In this document: positions 1 to 13,784 of the stretch, piece by piece
Numbering within the stretch: position 1 is the first letter of the stretch
Layout: each line of letters opens with the position of its first letter
From: an uncultured Acidobacteriota bacterium
Lineage (GTDB): Bacteria > Acidobacteriota > Vicinamibacteria > Vicinamibacterales > UBA8438
NCBI GenBank assembly: GCA_913043225.1
Contig: CAJWLU010000020.1
Coordinates: forward strand, 1-59,653
Direction of reading: 5' to 3'
DNA: 59,653 nt
Translations under genes and position numbers: made by a program
Notes under the pieces: model-generated
Seen by the model: the letters and a program-made list of their open reading frames with translations, nothing else
Database searches by the model: none
Told to the model about the DNA's origin: nothing

Positions 1-262
1 GGGAAGGCTGGAGTCGATGAAGAAAGAGATGGAGTTGATGCTCGAAAAGCTGAGCCACGGCCACTTGTGGTGGCAAGTTGACGCCAGCGAACAGGACGAA
101 CACGGGTGGCGGAGGGGAAGGGCTCGAACAAAGGCCCTCGACGCTGCCATCCGCGAGTTTGGCGACCGCATGCTACGGGTGTTCTCCAACGTGGCGCAAG
201 GCGTCGTCAACTCGGACGGCTGGCTGTTCGGGCCAGCGGGGCGCGACCCTCCGCAGCAGCTC

Positions 263-523
263 ATCGGCGAGACCATCGAGCTCACCGGTGGGGACGATGG
301 CATCGTTCGGGTAGACGGCACCCTGCGTGCCGGAAGTTGGGCCAACAACTCCGACGTCGGCGGCAAGATTGTCGTCACAGGAGAGAAGGTCTGGCTCGAC
401 AGCAACGCGTTCCTTGACGCCCGCGGCGCCAACGGCGGCGGCGAAATCCTCGTCGGCGGTGACTACCAGGGCAACAACGAAGATGTCCGCAATGCGTGGC
501 GAACCCACATCTCAAGGGGTGCC
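263..523 (+). pseudogene. Fragment of a filamentous-haemagglutinin/two-partner-secretion-like beta-helix protein
   Basis: Internal part of ORF 17..1276 reads IELTGGDDGIVRVDGTLRAGS...GGKIVVTGEKVWLDSNAFLDARGANGGGEILVGGDYQG, typical of FHA-family repeats. It has no start of its own and breaks into low-complexity sequence after about 523. Confidence 0.6.
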
Positions 524-658
524 CGCTCCGCACGGCCAGGCGCAGCGGGGTGTCCCCCACCAGGTCCCGGACCTCCGTTTTTTTTTGTCCGCATCGGTCG
601 GCAACGAAGCCACCTCCTCCGCTACAGGCCTTCTCCCTCCTCGCGCAGACGGGCGCCC

Positions 659-686
659 CCCGGTTCGAACCCGGGCGCCCCGACCA
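659..686 (+). mobile_element. 3' end of a tRNA-Pro-like gene (T-arm, acceptor 3' strand, ACCA); probable att-site remnant
   Basis: CCCGG-TTCGAAC-CCGGG-CGCCCCG-ACCA forms a perfect T-arm and the tRNA-Pro-type acceptor end. The matching 5' half (CGGGGCG, D-arm, anticodon arm) is absent upstream. Confidence 0.7.
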
Positions 687-721
687 CATTTCTTGCAGGT
701 CAGCCTCTCTCGGCTTGGTTA

Positions 722-1276
722 GTGTCATTCACGAAGATCGAGCTGCCCGTCGCGGCCAGACGGCCCGTCATTGGCGTTATGGGCTCGGGAGTCGATCCTC
801 ATCCTAACCTTGCCTGTCCCCTGGGCGTCTGGATCGCCGAGGCCGGCTACCACCTGCTGACCGGCGGCGGTGCCGGCGTAATGGCCGCTGTGAGTGGAGC
901 GTTCGCTGCGGTGAAAGACCGGCGAGGGCTCGTGCTGGGCATCCTGCCGTCGGTCGAGGGGACGCCGGGACGTGAGTCGCCCGACGGTTACCCTAACCGC
1001 TGGGTCGAGCTTCCCATTCGGACCCACCTGGCGTCCCGCGGGTCGCGAGGCGACGACCCCGCCTCCCGTAATCACATCAACGTGCTGACCGCGGATGTGG
1101 TGGTGGTCCTTCCTGGCGGTGCTGGAACGGCCAGTGAGGTGCAACTGGCCGCGCGCTATGGTCGACCCTGTGTGGCCTTCGTCCTCGAACCGGACCGGGC
1201 CCCGGGGCTTCCGCCGTCAGTTCCGGTGGTTACGTCCGTTGACGCGGTGGCTGACTATGTTCGCGCGCACCTCTGA
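722..1276 (+). CDS. LOG/SLOG family protein (TIGR00725 / molybdenum cofactor carrier-like)
   Basis: Motifs VIGVMGSG, LLTGGGAGVMAAVS, SRNHINVLTADVVVVLPGGAGTASEV. The in-frame GTG at 722 is taken as the start. Confidence 0.8.
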   Translation: MSFTKIELPVAARRPVIGVMGSGVDPHPNLACPLGVWIAEAGYHLLTGGGAGVMAAVSGAFAAVKDRRGLVLGILPSVEGTPGRESPDGYPNRWVELPIRTHLASRGSRGDDPASRNHINVLTADVVVVLPGGAGTASEVQLAARYGRPCVAFVLEPDRAPGLPPSVPVVTSVDAVADYVRAHL

Positions 1277-1285
1277 TGGTTTTTC

Positions 1286-2560
1286 CTAGGCGCCCAGACA
1301 CTGACGTGCCGACGCGAGCTGGACGCACACGACGAATACCTGCATCGCCTGGTCGAGCTCAGTGAGCTCGGGGAAGGTGGGCGCCAGACGGATGTTCGCG
1401 TTGTTCGGGTCGCGGCCGTACGGGAACGTCGCGCCGGCCGGCGTGAGCTTCACCCCGGCGTCGGCGGCCAGGGTGATGATCGTTGATGCCAGTCCCGGGC
1501 GGGTATCGAACGACAGGAAGTAACCACCCCGAGGGTTGGTCCAGACGCCCATGCCGGTGTCCGCCAGCGCCTCCTCCAGATGTCGCACTACCATCTCGAA
1601 CTTCGGACGCAGAATGGCCGCGTGCTTCCGCATGTGTGCCCGGACGCCGTCCAGGTTCCGGAGGAATCGTACGTGCCTCAGCTGGTTGACCTTGTCCGGT
1701 CCGATCGTCGCGACCTGGAGGCGCTGCCGGAAGCGGTCGAGCGTTGCTGTCGAGCCGGCCATCCATGAGAGCCCGGCGCCAGCCCAGGTCACCTTCGACG
1801 TCGAAGCGAATTGCACGACACTGTCCTCGGTCCCTTGCTGCCGGCACGCGTCCATCACGTTAGCGAGAACGGGAGGATCGTCGTCAAGGTCGTGGACGGC
1901 ATACGCGTTGTCCCACATGATCCTGAAGTGCGCGCCGGCGATGGTCGCCAGACCAGCCAGACGCTCGACTGTCTTGGCCGAGTACACCTGCCCGGTCGGA
2001 TTCGAGTACTTCGGTACACACCAGATGCCCTTGATCGTCGGGTCGGCCGAGACTCGGCCTTCGACCACGTCCATGTCGGGACCGGTCTCGGTCATCGGCA
2101 CGGGGAGCATCTCGATTCCCAGGTCCTCGAGGATGGCGAAGTGGCGGTCATACCCTGGGACGGGGCAGAGGAAACGGACCACGCCGGTCTTGCACCAGGC
2201 ACTGTCCTCGCCCGCGGGTCCGTGCACCCACGCATTCATTAGGTAGAGATACATGAGGGTAAGACTGCTGTTGCCGCTGGCGAGGACCTCGTCCGGGTGG
2301 ACGCCGAGCAGCTCGGCGCCCAGCGCCCGCGCCTCGGCCAGACCGTCGAGGCCGCCGTAGTTGCGCGTGTCTGTGCCGTTGGCCGCCTGGTAGCCGTCGA
2401 CGAGCTGTAGCAGCTCGTCCGACAGGTCGAGCTGAGTCGGACTGGGTTTGCCGCGGGTCAGATCCAGGGCGAGGCCCGCCGCCTGGAACCGCCGATAGGC
2501 CGCGTCCAGCTCTCGCTCACGGGCGAGCAGAGCGTCGTGTGAGAGGTCGTCTAGTTGCAC
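1286..2560 (-). CDS. PLP-dependent class I/II aminotransferase (actinobacterial AspAT-like)
   Basis: Motifs LDLTRGKP, RNYGG, CPVPGYDRHF, VPKYSNPTG, WDNAYAVH, FASTSK(PLP Lys), IRLAP. GTG at 2560 is preceded by a GGAGGA SD. ATG 2587 is an alternative start. Confidence 0.9.
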   Translation of the reverse strand: MQLDDLSHDALLARERELDAAYRRFQAAGLALDLTRGKPSPTQLDLSDELLQLVDGYQAANGTDTRNYGGLDGLAEARALGAELLGVHPDEVLASGNSSLTLMYLYLMNAWVHGPAGEDSAWCKTGVVRFLCPVPGYDRHFAILEDLGIEMLPVPMTETGPDMDVVEGRVSADPTIKGIWCVPKYSNPTGQVYSAKTVERLAGLATIAGAHFRIMWDNAYAVHDLDDDPPVLANVMDACRQQGTEDSVVQFASTSKVTWAGAGLSWMAGSTATLDRFRQRLQVATIGPDKVNQLRHVRFLRNLDGVRAHMRKHAAILRPKFEMVVRHLEEALADTGMGVWTNPRGGYFLSFDTRPGLASTIITLAADAGVKLTPAGATFPYGRDPNNANIRLAPTFPELTELDQAMQVFVVCVQLASARQCLGA

Positions 2561-2710
2561 GGTGTCAGCTTCCTCCGATCTCCTCATGGTAGCGCAGTCA
2601 GCAGCGGGGCCCACTGGTGGCTCGCGACGGATGAGCGATGGGCGGACGCCGTATATATCGGTCCACTCGCCGACCTGGTCATCGTGCAGCCTCGCTGATA
2701 AGCTGAGCCC

Positions 2711-3145
2711 ATGCTGCAGGTTCGCGGTCTGGTCCGATGGCTGCTGCCCGTCTGGGCGTGCGTCCTCGTTGGGACGTTCCCATCCGCGCAGGCCGGGCCC
2801 GAGCAACGGGTGGGGATCGACGAGCTGAAAGTGGCGCTCGACGATGGCGCAACGATGCTGTTGATCGATGTGCGGGAAGATTGGGAGGTGGAATCGGGCT
2901 CGATGCCAGGGTCGATCCATATTCCGCTCGCCGAGCTTGAGTCCCGGATGGATGACATCCCGAAGGATGTCCGCCTCGTCTTCTTTTGAAACGGCGGCCG
3001 CCGAGCCTCCCGTGCTGCGGAGCTCTTCACCCGGAACGGCTACGACACGGCGCAGTTCTGTGGCCTGAACGACTGGAAGGCAAAGGGCTACGAACTGGGC
3101 GAGACCGAAAAGCCTGACGCCGGTGCGATCACGCCGCGCCGGTAG
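2711..3145 (+). CDS. Secreted rhodanese-domain protein, probable selenoprotein (UGA 2987-2989 = Sec)
   Basis: Signal peptide, then LIDVRE..E...G.MPGSIHIPL, then VFF-TGA-NGGRRASRAAELFTRNGY. The TGA occupies the active-site Cys position and the frame stays open with rhodanese-like sequence to TAG 3143-3145. Confidence 0.8.
3003..3025 (+). promoter_or_regulatory. Candidate bacterial SECIS hairpin
   Basis: GAGCCTCCCG-TGCTG-CGGAGCTC is a bulged hairpin. Its apical loop starts 23 nt after the UGA and has G at loop position 2. Confidence 0.55.
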
Positions 3146-3219
3146 CGGGCGTATCCTCGCCTACCGGCTCCAGAGGCCGTCAGCTCAGCATTCATTTCTC
3201 CTCTCTGTGACGATCGACG

Positions 3220-3417
3220 TCAGTGCTTCAGGCGCTTCGGGATGGACGAGTCGGTCGATGTTCCCGGGGCCGGCAACCGGTTGGCGTCGCGGAGCGCCTG
3301 ACGCAGCAGGAAATCGATCTGTGCGTTGACGCTCCGCAACTCGTCGGCCGCCCACCGGTGGAGGGCGGCCAGTACTGCCGGGTCGGTACGGAGCAGGAAC
3401 GGTTTGCGTGCTCTCAT
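3220..3417 (-). CDS. Arc/ribbon-helix-helix family DNA-binding protein
   Basis: [39 protein letters not shown]. This family usually follows SPFH genes, as it does here. Confidence 0.8.
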   Translation of the reverse strand: MRARKPFLLRTDPAVLAALHRWAADELRSVNAQIDFLLRQALRDANRLPAPGTSTDSSIPKRLKH

Positions 3418-3443
3418 GACCTTCGGTGTAGGTCTCAAGCGGG

Positions 3444-4268
3444 CTACTGGTAGAGCGTGCCAGCGTTCAGTACCGGCTGCGGGCCCCTGTCGCCACACAG
3501 CACGACCAGCAGGTTGCTGACCATGGCGGCCTTTCGCTCCTCATCCAGTTCGACAATCTGCTTTTCAGAGAGCTTTTCCAGCGCCATATCGACCATGCCC
3601 ACAGCGCCTTCGACGATCTGCGTCCGGGCGGCGATGACGGCGCCGGCCTGCTGCCGTTGCAGCATCGCCGACGCGATTTTGGGGGCGTAGGCCAGATGGG
3701 TGATCCGTGCCTCGAGCACCTCGACTCCGGCCTTGTGCAGTCGGCTCTGGATCTCGGTCTGCAGCTTGGTGGCAATCTCGTCGGTGTTGCCCCGTAACGA
3801 CAGTTGCCCCTCCTCGTGAGTGTCGTACGGATACTGAGTTGCCAGGTTCCGCACGGCTGACTCGCTTTGCACGTGCACGTAGTGCACGTAGTCGTCGACC
3901 TCGAAGCTGGCTTCGGCGGTGTCGACCACCTTCCAGACCACCACCGCCGCCATCTCGATCGGGTTGCCCTCGGTGTCGTTGACTTTCGAGTGCTCCGTTT
4001 CGAAGTTACGGACTCGCAGCGAGATCCTCCTTTTTAGGAGGAACGGGTTGGCCCAGCGGAGCCCCTGGTTCTTGACGGTTCCGACGTAGCGTCCGAATAG
4101 TAGCAGCACCCGGCCTTGATTGGGGTTGACCACGAACATGTCCGCCATGAGGAAGATGATCACGGGGATCCCCAGGGCATGGCCGACGACCCCCCAGGGC
4201 AGCCCTGCCATCGCTGCATGGATAGAAATGTTCGTACCAAAGGAGATGGGGCCAGGAATCGGTTGCAA
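3444..4268 (-). CDS. SPFH/Band 7 domain membrane protein (N-terminus uncertain)
   Basis: [81 protein letters not shown] start with GGAG upstream. Confidence 0.85.
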   Translation of the reverse strand: MQPIPGPISFGTNISIHAAMAGLPWGVVGHALGIPVIIFLMADMFVVNPNQGRVLLLFGRYVGTVKNQGLRWANPFLLKRRISLRVRNFETEHSKVNDTEGNPIEMAAVVVWKVVDTAEASFEVDDYVHYVHVQSESAVRNLATQYPYDTHEEGQLSLRGNTDEIATKLQTEIQSRLHKAGVEVLEARITHLAYAPKIASAMLQRQQAGAVIAARTQIVEGAVGMVDMALEKLSEKQIVELDEERKAAMVSNLLVVLCGDRGPQPVLNAGTLYQ

Positions 4269-4304
4269 GAGGCTGCTCCGCCAAAGCCTGGCGGGCAGCG
4301 GAAC

Positions 4305-5639
4305 CTACCCGACGGTGACGTGGATGGCGTCGGTGAGGATCTCGACCGTGCGGTCGAGCTGGTCTTCGGTAATGACGGCGGCGGGCGCCAGGACGAACGT
4401 GTCGGCCTTGACACGGCTGAAGAGGCCGCGGCGCGAAGCTTCGGCCAAGAGGCGTGGGCCGACCTTCTCTTCGGCAGGGAAGCCCTCCTTCGTGTTCCGG
4501 TCGGCGACGAGCTCGACCGCGCACATCAGGCCCTTGCCCCGGATATCGCCCACTCGTGGGTGGTCGGCGAGCGCATTCTTGAGGCCGGCCAGGAGCCGCT
4601 TCCCCTTGCTCTCGCACTGGCTCGGCAGATCCTCCTCCTCGATGATGCGGAGGTTGCGCAGCGCCACCGCGCAGCCGACCGGGTGCGCCGAGTAGGTGTA
4701 GGCGTGCATCCAGATGCTGTCGCTGTCGTCGAGCGCGGCTGCGATGGTGTCGCTGATGCCGATCCCTCCGAAGGGAAAGTAACCGGACGTAATTGCCTTC
4801 GCGAATTGCACGATATCTGGCTCGATGCCCCAATGGTCGAGAGCGAAGAGTGTTCCGGTACGGCCAAAGCCGGTGATGACTTCGTCGGCCACCAGCAGGA
4901 CGTCGTAGTGGTCACAGATCTCGCGGATCCGGGGAAAGTAGTCGTCCTGCGGAACGATCACGCCGCCGGCTCCCTGAACCGGCTCGGCAATGAACATCGC
5001 GACCGTGTCGGCGCCCTCACGGAGGATGGCCTGCTCGAGTTCATCCGCAGCAGCAACGCCCTGACTCTCTCCCGACGGCGCCTTATACCGGTAGGGATAC
5101 GGCGACGGGATATGAAGGAAGCCCGGTACCCGTGGCTCGAACTGGGGCCAGTAGGTGCTCAGTCCCGTGGCGCTCATCGCGGCCAGCGTGACGCCGTGAT
5201 AACCCTCGAACCTGGAGATGACCTTGGTTTTCTTCGCACGCCCACGCAGCTTCCAGTAGGCGCGCGCCATCTTGATGCTGCTGTCAGTAGCTTCGCCCCC
5301 GCCACTGGTAAAGAAGAAGCGGTTGATCGACGGGTAGGTCAGCGTTGACAGCAGCTCAGCGAGCTCGATGGCTCGTTCGTTCGAGCTGCCGGTGTAACCG
5401 GAGACATACGCCAGGGTGTTGGACTGATCTCGCGCCGCCTCGGCCAGCTCCTGACGGCCATGGCCCGCCAAGACGTTCCAGAGCCCGGCCAGCCCGTCGA
5501 TGCACTCGGCTCCGTCGGCATCCGTGAGCAGTGCTCCCATACCCCGGACCCAGACGCGGGCACGGTCGTGCGTGGCACCGTGGTGGAGCGGGTGAATCAG
5601 GTGGGCGCGGTCTCGCGTGATTAGCTCGACGTTGCTCAT
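4305..5639 (-). CDS. Class III (omega-amino acid/BioA-like) aminotransferase
   Basis: IDGLAGLW..LAGHG, SGGGEA, GYHG, FIAEPVQGAGG, LVADEVITGFGRTG, FAKAITSGY, YTYSAHP. Confidence 0.92.
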   Translation of the reverse strand: MSNVELITRDRAHLIHPLHHGATHDRARVWVRGMGALLTDADGAECIDGLAGLWNVLAGHGRQELAEAARDQSNTLAYVSGYTGSSNERAIELAELLSTLTYPSINRFFFTSGGGEATDSSIKMARAYWKLRGRAKKTKVISRFEGYHGVTLAAMSATGLSTYWPQFEPRVPGFLHIPSPYPYRYKAPSGESQGVAAADELEQAILREGADTVAMFIAEPVQGAGGVIVPQDDYFPRIREICDHYDVLLVADEVITGFGRTGTLFALDHWGIEPDIVQFAKAITSGYFPFGGIGISDTIAAALDDSDSIWMHAYTYSAHPVGCAVALRNLRIIEEEDLPSQCESKGKRLLAGLKNALADHPRVGDIRGKGLMCAVELVADRNTKEGFPAEEKVGPRLLAEASRRGLFSRVKADTFVLAPAAVITEDQLDRTVEILTDAIHVTVG

Positions 5640-5648
5640 GCCGGTGGC

Positions 5649-6551
5649 TTAGTTGGCGCGGAGGAACGCGCCGTTCCCGAGGCGGCGAAAGGGACCGCCA
5701 TCAACCGAGAACTCGTCGGTTACTGAGAACGAGGTTTCTGAGGCGACCTGCATCAGCCGGCGCAGCACGTAGACGTTGCCGTCGGCTTCGAGGGGCAGTG
5801 TGAGGAACGTGATACCGATCGGGCTGGACCAGTCGCCCAACGCGAGTCGCACGGGGCCCTCCGACGGTTGCTCCCGCCACACCACACTCTGGCTCTCCTC
5901 GTTGAAACCGATGGTCCAGGTTTCGGTGTACGCCTCGCCGTAAATCTCGGCTTCGACCCGCCCTTCGACAAAGGGGCCGCCCTCAAGCGCGGTGAAGGTC
6001 ACCGTGCCGCTCCGGGTACCGACGCTTAGCGGCGGAAAGTCGCCACCGGTGTAGTCGAAGGTCCAGCGACCGGAGAAGTAGCCTACTCGCTGGTCCACCT
6101 GAGGCTGGGGAATGTCGGTCCGCCGAGCGCGGGTCAGCGAGACCTCGACGTCGAAGCCGTGGTCGCCGAGGGTGACCTGGCCTGGGCCGTCGAGGGCGGC
6201 CGCCGTTCCGCGCCCGCGGGGACGTGGTCGCTCGCCGCGCGTCAGGCTGTAGGAGAGCTCCAGCGGGCCGAGGGCGGTGTCGGCTGAAGTAGCGATCGTG
6301 AGCTGGTCGTCGCTGGTGTCGATCGAGTCCAGCTGGACTTCGGCGCCTGGTGCGAACCCGGTCAGGAGACCCGTGTAGCTTCCTCCTTCGGCGATTAGCG
6401 TCATCGTGACCGTGGTCTCGATGTCGCCGCCCGGAGCGGTGACGGTGCCTCGCCAACTCCCGGTCCAGGGGTCGTCCTGGGCCTCGGCCGGTGCCTGACT
6501 CACTAGCAGCGCGAGCATGAAGAGCAGACCAAGTCGTTGCGCCATCGTCAC
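5649..6551 (-). CDS. Secreted hypothetical protein (two beta-rich domains)
   Basis: Sec signal peptide ending AEA-Q, GGAG SD upstream, host-like codon usage. No family recognised. Confidence 0.7.
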   Translation of the reverse strand: MTMAQRLGLLFMLALLVSQAPAEAQDDPWTGSWRGTVTAPGGDIETTVTMTLIAEGGSYTGLLTGFAPGAEVQLDSIDTSDDQLTIATSADTALGPLELSYSLTRGERPRPRGRGTAAALDGPGQVTLGDHGFDVEVSLTRARRTDIPQPQVDQRVGYFSGRWTFDYTGGDFPPLSVGTRSGTVTFTALEGGPFVEGRVEAEIYGEAYTETWTIGFNEESQSVVWREQPSEGPVRLALGDWSSPIGITFLTLPLEADGNVYVLRRLMQVASETSFSVTDEFSVDGGPFRRLGNGAFLRAN

Positions 6552-6732
6552 ATCTCCAGCAAAGGAACGTAGAACGTTGACTATACGCGGCGTCGCGAGC
6601 CTGGATCAAACCGCTATCAGGACCCTCGGTGTCCGGATTGACTTTGCTATGATGCCGGGCTAGGCGTGCCGGTCCGTTTGGCCGGGAACCCAGTCTTGTT
6701 AGGGAGCTTCTCACGTGCCTTACTCCTCCACG

Positions 6733-8889
6733 ATGCGTCCCCGGACGGCTGTCTGGCTGTCCTCGTTGCTCGTGCTGGCACCACTCGGCGGCGCGGCGTG
6801 TGCGCCTGCGGAAACGGCCGGAGTGCCCCAGGTTGAGATCGTGTCATCACGTCCGGACATGGTCACTGGGGGCGACGCGCTGGTGCGGGTTGCTCCCCCA
6901 CCGGGTGTGGAGCCAGCGGCCGTGCGTGTCTCGATCGACGGCCGGGATGTGTCGAGTGGTTTCAGGCAAAACAGGGACGGGATACTTCTTGGCCTCGTGG
7001 CCGACCTGCAGCCGGGTGCAAACATGGTTTCGGTTTCGGCCGGACGCGGCGCCTCGGTCGATATCGAGGTCACCAACCACCCCGCGATGGGCCCCGTGTT
7101 CTCCGGGCCTCATCAAAGCCCCTTCCACTGTGAAACTGAGTCCTTTCGTCTCTTTGGCGAGGAGTCGGAGGAGACCCTTGGCGCTCCGCTCGACGAACAC
7201 TGCTTGGTGGCTCGGCGCGTCGACTACGGCTACCGGTCGGTGGAAGGGGGGGCACTTCGTTTCTTGGCGGACCCGGCGGCTCGCCCAGAAGATCTCGCCT
7301 ACACGACGACGCTGGCCGGCGATGAAGTGCCATACGTGGTTCGGATCGAGACGGGGTCGGTCAACCGGGCTATCTATCAGATTGCCATGCTCCACGATCC
7401 GGCAACTGCGGTTGAGCCTGATGCCTGGCAACCTTCCTCCGGTTGGAACCAGCGCCTGATCTTCACCTTCGGAGGCGGGTGTGTGGGCGGCTGGTATCGC
7501 CAAGGGGCGCGTACTGGCGGGGTCACCGATGACGTGATGCTTCGCCAGGGCTACGCCGTAGCGTCGTCGAGCCTGAACGTGTTCGGGAACAACTGCAACG
7601 ACTTGCTGGCCGCTGAGACCATGATGATGGTCAAGGAACGGTTCATCGAAGGCTATGGTGCGCCGGTGTTTACCATCGGCTGGGGTTGTTCCGGCGGGTC
7701 CTATCAGAACCACCAGATAGCCGACAACTATCCTGGCCTGCTAGACGGCATCATTCCTGGCTGCAGTTTCCCGGATGTGACGTCTGGCACCATCCCGTTC
7801 ATCACCGATGCCCGGCTACTGAACCACTACTTCAACGTCACGGCCCCAGGGGAGTTCACCGCGGAGGAGCAGCGGGCTGTCGCTGGGTTCCTCGTCCTGA
7901 ACACCATGCCTAACGTGGCGACGAACGCCGGGCGGATTGCCCCGGACGAGTTCTGTCCCGATGTGATCCCCAAGAAGGATCGCTACCACGCCCAGACGAA
8001 CCCGGGTGGCGCGCGGTGTGATGTCTTCGACGCGACCGTGAACATCTACGGCCGTGACGCGGCGACAGGATTCGCGCGCCGTCCACTCGACAACGTCGGA
8101 GTGCAGTATGGACTGGGCGCGCTCAACGGTAGCGTGATCACGGTGGAGCAGTTCCTCGCTCTCAACGAGGGGATCGGTGGCTACGATCATGACGGGCAGT
8201 TCCGGGCGGCGCGGACCACGGCCGACTACGGCGCGATGCGTGCGGCCTACCAGACGGGTCGGGTGACCAATGGCGGCGGCGGGCTGGCCACGACCCCGAT
8301 CATCGACTACCGGGGCTACAGCGACGACGTCGAGCGCGGCGATGTGCACGTGCGCTACCATTCGTTCGCCGTCCGCGAGCGCCTGCACCGGGCCAACGGC
8401 CGGGCCGACAACCACGTGATGCTGGTCGAGGACAATCGGCACGGTCTGTACTCGAGCCAGAGCCCGGTGTTGCAGCAGGCGCTAGCGCAGATGGACGAGT
8501 GGCTGACCACCCTTGCCGCCGACACGTCGTTAGACCCCCGCATAGGCAAGGTCGTGCGGGCCAAGCCCGCCGAGCTGGTCGATGCCTGCTGGACCAGAGA
8601 CGAGTCTCCATCGAAGATCGCCGAGACCCAGCAGCGTGATGCCGGCCGCTGCGCCGAGCTCTATCCGGCGCCGCCGTCTCCGCGTGAGGTGGCGGGCGCC
8701 GCGGTGACGACTGACGTGCTCAAGTGTCAGCTCAAGCCGATCGACGCAGCCGACTATTCGGTTAGATTCAGCCGAGACGAGCGAGTGCGGCTGGGCGAGC
8801 TCTTTCCGGATGGGGTCTGCGACTGGACCCAGCCTGGTGTCGAGCAAGTACCGCTCCTCGGCACCTGGCTCCGCGTCGAGACGACCTAA
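6733..8889 (+). CDS. DUF6351-like (tannase-related alpha/beta-hydrolase) exported protein
   Basis: SSRPDMVTGGDALV, RIETGSVNRAIY, WNQRLIFTFGGGC, nucleophile elbow GCSGG, YPGLLDGI, LKCQLKP, FPDGVCDW. Possible lipobox GAAC. Confidence 0.8.
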   Translation: MRPRTAVWLSSLLVLAPLGGAACAPAETAGVPQVEIVSSRPDMVTGGDALVRVAPPPGVEPAAVRVSIDGRDVSSGFRQNRDGILLGLVADLQPGANMVSVSAGRGASVDIEVTNHPAMGPVFSGPHQSPFHCETESFRLFGEESEETLGAPLDEHCLVARRVDYGYRSVEGGALRFLADPAARPEDLAYTTTLAGDEVPYVVRIETGSVNRAIYQIAMLHDPATAVEPDAWQPSSGWNQRLIFTFGGGCVGGWYRQGARTGGVTDDVMLRQGYAVASSSLNVFGNNCNDLLAAETMMMVKERFIEGYGAPVFTIGWGCSGGSYQNHQIADNYPGLLDGIIPGCSFPDVTSGTIPFITDARLLNHYFNVTAPGEFTAEEQRAVAGFLVLNTMPNVATNAGRIAPDEFCPDVIPKKDRYHAQTNPGGARCDVFDATVNIYGRDAATGFARRPLDNVGVQYGLGALNGSVITVEQFLALNEGIGGYDHDGQFRAARTTADYGAMRAAYQTGRVTNGGGGLATTPIIDYRGYSDDVERGDVHVRYHSFAVRERLHRANGRADNHVMLVEDNRHGLYSSQSPVLQQALAQMDEWLTTLAADTSLDPRIGKVVRAKPAELVDACWTRDESPSKIAETQQRDAGRCAELYPAPPSPREVAGAAVTTDVLKCQLKPIDAADYSVRFSRDERVRLGELFPDGVCDWTQPGVEQVPLLGTWLRVETT

Positions 8890-9042
8890 TCCACTGTTTT
8901 CGCTTTTTGATCGTCAACCTGGCCTGTTTCAGGGGTCAGGTTGGACTAGAATTAATCCGATATCCAGAATAGTTACAACTGGACCTATCCGGGGTCCCGA
9001 TCGGCGGACGGTTCGTTCTGGGTTAATGGAGCGTGGACTGTC

Positions 9043-13764
<4,722 letters not shown>

Positions 13765-13784
13765 GTCGAGACGGCGCGTGGCCG

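Noticed and set aside
610..686. Intact tRNA-Pro
   Set aside because: No 5' acceptor strand, D-arm or anticodon arm can be folded upstream of the T-arm.
17..1276. 419-aa ORF as a single FHA-LOG fusion protein
   Set aside because: It runs through low-complexity sequence, a T9 run and a tRNA remnant. It is better explained as debris that happens to be in frame with a LOG gene starting at 722.
8907..8917. FNR box upstream of PFOR (TTGATCGTCAA)
   Set aside because: The half-sites are 1 nt apart rather than the 4 nt of TTGAT-N4-ATCAA.
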